In this document: piece by piece, positions 61,325-64,000 of the stretch
Numbering within the stretch: position 1 is the stretch's first letter
How the letters are laid out: every line of letters begins with the position of its first letter
Assembly: GCF_006345805.1 (NCBI RefSeq)
Contig: NW_021833258.1
Location: forward strand, 84,239-148,238
Length of the DNA: 64,000 nt
Source: Octopus sinensis
Lineage: Eukaryota
Reading direction: 5' to 3'
Program-made: the position numbers and the translations under genes
The notes under the pieces: model-generated
Told to the model about the DNA's origin: nothing
Seen by the model: the letters and a program-made list of their open reading frames with translations, nothing else
Database searches by the model: none

Positions 61325-62600
61325 GAGATGCACGTTTGATACTGTTTCTCCATTATCTTTATTAATAGTACACGTAGTTTCAAATTTTTCTGAAACTGTG
61401 TACTTATTTATATCCAGTTCGTCATATAATGGGTATCTACGGTTACCAGTGTTATCATCCCTGTCGTGTTTCAGCAGCACTGTATCTTCAATTTCAATGT
61501 CTTCTGCGTCATATTTCCACTTACGACGTTTTTTAATTTTCTCTCCAGCTTTAACAAGGTTTTCATGCACTTGTTTCTCAGTTCTTTTATCGTCATTTTC
61601 AAAATAATTCGAACTTGACTCATCACTTTGTTCTGGATTTGTTCCGTCGAACATTAACAATGCATTTATTTGATCTTCTGTTCTCTACGAATCTCTTTTA
61701 TCCCCCATAAAAATTTTGAAGGGCGCCCATTTCGTAGTTTCATGTTGTGTAGTGTTATATTTGTATACAATTTCTTGATAAAAATCCTTGAATTTCCCTA
61801 GCATTCCGTTGTATGCACTTGTAGAGCTAATCCATCTTTTAATTGATTGATTAAACCTACAAATAAATTGACTATAAGGAACCTCTCCACTTGCCCCTGA
61901 ACCCAGGGTGCTCTAGGTCGTCCACATATATGAGTGATGTTTAATTCGAAGCACATTATTTCCATGTATTTATTCTTGAACTCTTTCCCATTGTCTGTTT
62001 GCAAGATAAACGGGGGTCGGATTGAGAAGAAAATTTTTTTAACTTTCTTGTTATTTCTTCGGCTGATTTCGTTTTTGCAAGTTTTACCACTGCAAATTTG
62101 GAAAAGGAGTCGATTACAACAACCAACTATGACTTATTCAAAAAAAGACCCATCCATAATTTCTGTTAAGGTTTGAATATCTTCTTAGATCCACTAAATC
62201 TGCAATATACCGATCTCTAGGTCCTTTTGCAATTATGGGGGTGATAGTTGGTTTTGTTGCCATGAAATTTTTGACTAACACTGATTAACAACATTACTTG
62301 GCAATAGACACATTTTGCTATCACACTACAAATTTCTTCCCGTGTTATCGAATATATTTGGTCTCTTAGTAACGAGAGCATTCTGTCTCTACCAAAATGA
62401 GTATTCATATGCTCGATCTTCAATTGTTTTGAAATGGATACCTCAATAATTTTTAACTTTAGCTCACTTTCTTCTAGAGTAAAAAACGCAGTTTTTTATT
62501 TCCGACTTTTATATACGTTTTTTCAGGAACTTTGAAGCAAAAACGATTTTTAAGCGTCTTGAGCCTTCTCCTGTTCTCTTTATCGTATATAGTAGTGGTG
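61325..62600 (-). mobile_element. Ginger-like integrase/transposase, most complete copy, intron-containing
   Basis: HMNTHFGRDRM...CVYC (H2C2), IADLVD, VVIDSFSKF, QTDNGKEF, QGQVER-FNQSIKR. Microintrons at 62297-62275, 62149-62127 and 61882-61857. Confidence 0.87.
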
Positions 62601-62631
62601 TCATCAAAATTTTTTAATTATTTAATTGATG

Positions 62632-62840
62632 TTAATCCGACCGTTTTCCGCTGGAGATTAATCTCCTCCTTTTAGAGGAGGAAGTAACTAAAATCACTCT
62701 TTGATCCTCGGTCTCCAAGTTAGTTAAGACTCTTTTTCCCTTATTCTCCATTTTATCTTTATACGAATGACTTGTTTCAATTAACAGGCTACTGGCTGAA
62801 TTCATCAGTGATTCCGATTCCGTGCCTATGCTCAACAATC
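62632..62840 (-). mobile_element. R4-like extreme C-terminal scrap
   Basis: Acidic tail ending SKRRRLISSG, like HKRRRLS near 45120. Part of it is repeated at 63240-63295. Confidence 0.4.
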
Positions 62841-63101
62841 ATACTTTCCAATGTTTTCCTTAATACAACTGACTGTATATAAGACTGAGTTGCGTCTTTG
62901 ATAGCCAACTTTGCAATATATTCCTTAAAAAAACTTGTGGAATTATTTTCACTTGAGCGTCGTAAAGAATGGACAACTCTTCTACCAATAGATCATATTA
63001 ACATGTTTTATATCTTTATCAATTTTAATTTTTGTATTATAATTAATCTTAGAATTTTTTTACGAAACATACAAGCGTAAAAATAAACACGTGAAATAAT
63101 A

Positions 63102-63150
63102 CAGTCGAATTCCGCCCAAACAAAAACCTTTTCTTGAAGCACCCTTGCTT
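63102..63150 (+). mobile_element. Orphan pogo-type left TIR
   Basis: TA followed by CAGTCGAATTCCGCCCAAACAA. Confidence 0.5.
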
Positions 63151-63575
63151 TTTAAGGCGATTTTATTTGTTAATACATTTTCCAATAATGATTTACTTTT
63201 TTCCAATAATGATTTATTCAAATGAATTAATTAGGTTAATATTATTTAATTGATGTTAATCCGACCGTTGTCAGCTGGAGGTTGATCTCCTCTACCTTAC
63301 TAATTTATTTTAATATTATTACTAGGGCAACCAAAAGTCAATAAAGTCAACTCAACAATAAATAATTATTCTTTCATACAAATACTAGAAATACAATTTT
63401 TATTTTAAAAAAACTTTTATTTTGAAAGTTTTTTAGATCAACTTTGTCAATTTTTCATGTTTTAGGTCAACTTTGTCAATTTTTGTGTCATTTTTTAATT
63501 TTCCGTTTAAAAATTTTTAAAAAATATAAATATCAAATTTTCAGCCACGCTGATTATTATTTCATTGTTGTTGTG

Positions 63576-63900
63576 ATGCCTAAGTCGAAAAAATCTATCT
63601 ACTCGAAAGCCTTGAGAATTATCTAAGAATTTCCCAATGAATTTTCAATTACCCCGGGTGGAGCATTATATTGTAATTTATGCGATATTTGTGTAACATG
63701 CCATAAAAAATGGTTTGTTGAAAAACACAGATTTACACAGAAACATATTTCACATATAAACGAATCTAAAAAGGCGATTAAAACGTTTCTTCCCACCACT
63801 GTTAATACCAATGATTTTTCACTAAATCTGACTGAGGCATTTGTTCCAGCAAATATTCATTTATATAAACTAAGGAATCCTGCATTAATCAGTAGAGCGC
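63576..63900 (+). mobile_element. CGGBP1-like hAT transposase N-terminus (decayed)
   Basis: MPKSKK...EFPNEFS...LYCNLCD...VEKHRFTQKH...FSLNLTEAFVPANIHLYKLRNP, with an early TAA. Confidence 0.7.
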
Positions 63901-64000
63901 TTGTTTTCAGTTCTTCATAAAATTTTGGCCAAAGACCGAAATTTTAAAACTGAAAACGTCAAATATTATATGATTCTATATAATTCATGTTTCCAGAAAA

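Noticed and set aside
1-64000. Bacterial or contaminant origin because of IS630- and IS1595-like transposases
   Set aside because: Spliceosomal introns (even inside the IS1595-like gene), U1 snRNA and animal genes show these are eukaryotic Tc1-like and Merlin elements.

Overview
AT-rich eukaryotic (not prokaryotic) DNA from an animal whose spliceosomal introns are only about 23-31 nt long. A metazoan-type voltage-gated Ca channel, microintrons and heavy TE load point to a myxozoan cnidarian parasite or a similarly compacted parasite such as a dicyemid; this taxonomy is inference. Most of the window is a patchwork of nested, internally deleted transposons: pogo/Tigger, Tc1/IS630, hAT (Ac, Buster, Spin, CGGBP1-like), Merlin, Ginger-like integrase elements, a Helitron carrying a 24-copy ~94-bp array, and R4-like, CRE-like and APE-type non-LTR retroelements. 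Apparently intact host genes: XPNPEP3 (4 microintrons, 438 aa), a RING-H2 E3 ligase (1 microintron, 162 aa), an 89-aa FAM107-like gene missed by the ORF track, tRNA-Glu(TTC), and a divergent U1 snRNA. Damaged host genes: a Cav alpha1 with most of repeat I deleted, a USP34-like gene lacking its Cys box, and a kinesin-5 motor fragment. Best leads: a ~95-bp repeat shared by the 5' ends of two unrelated transposon superfamilies, the divergent U1 in a microintron genome, DNA transposases carrying host-type microintrons with presence/absence variation, and a structured GC-rich island upstream of the FAM107-like gene. All family assignments come from motif recognition by eye; no database search was run.
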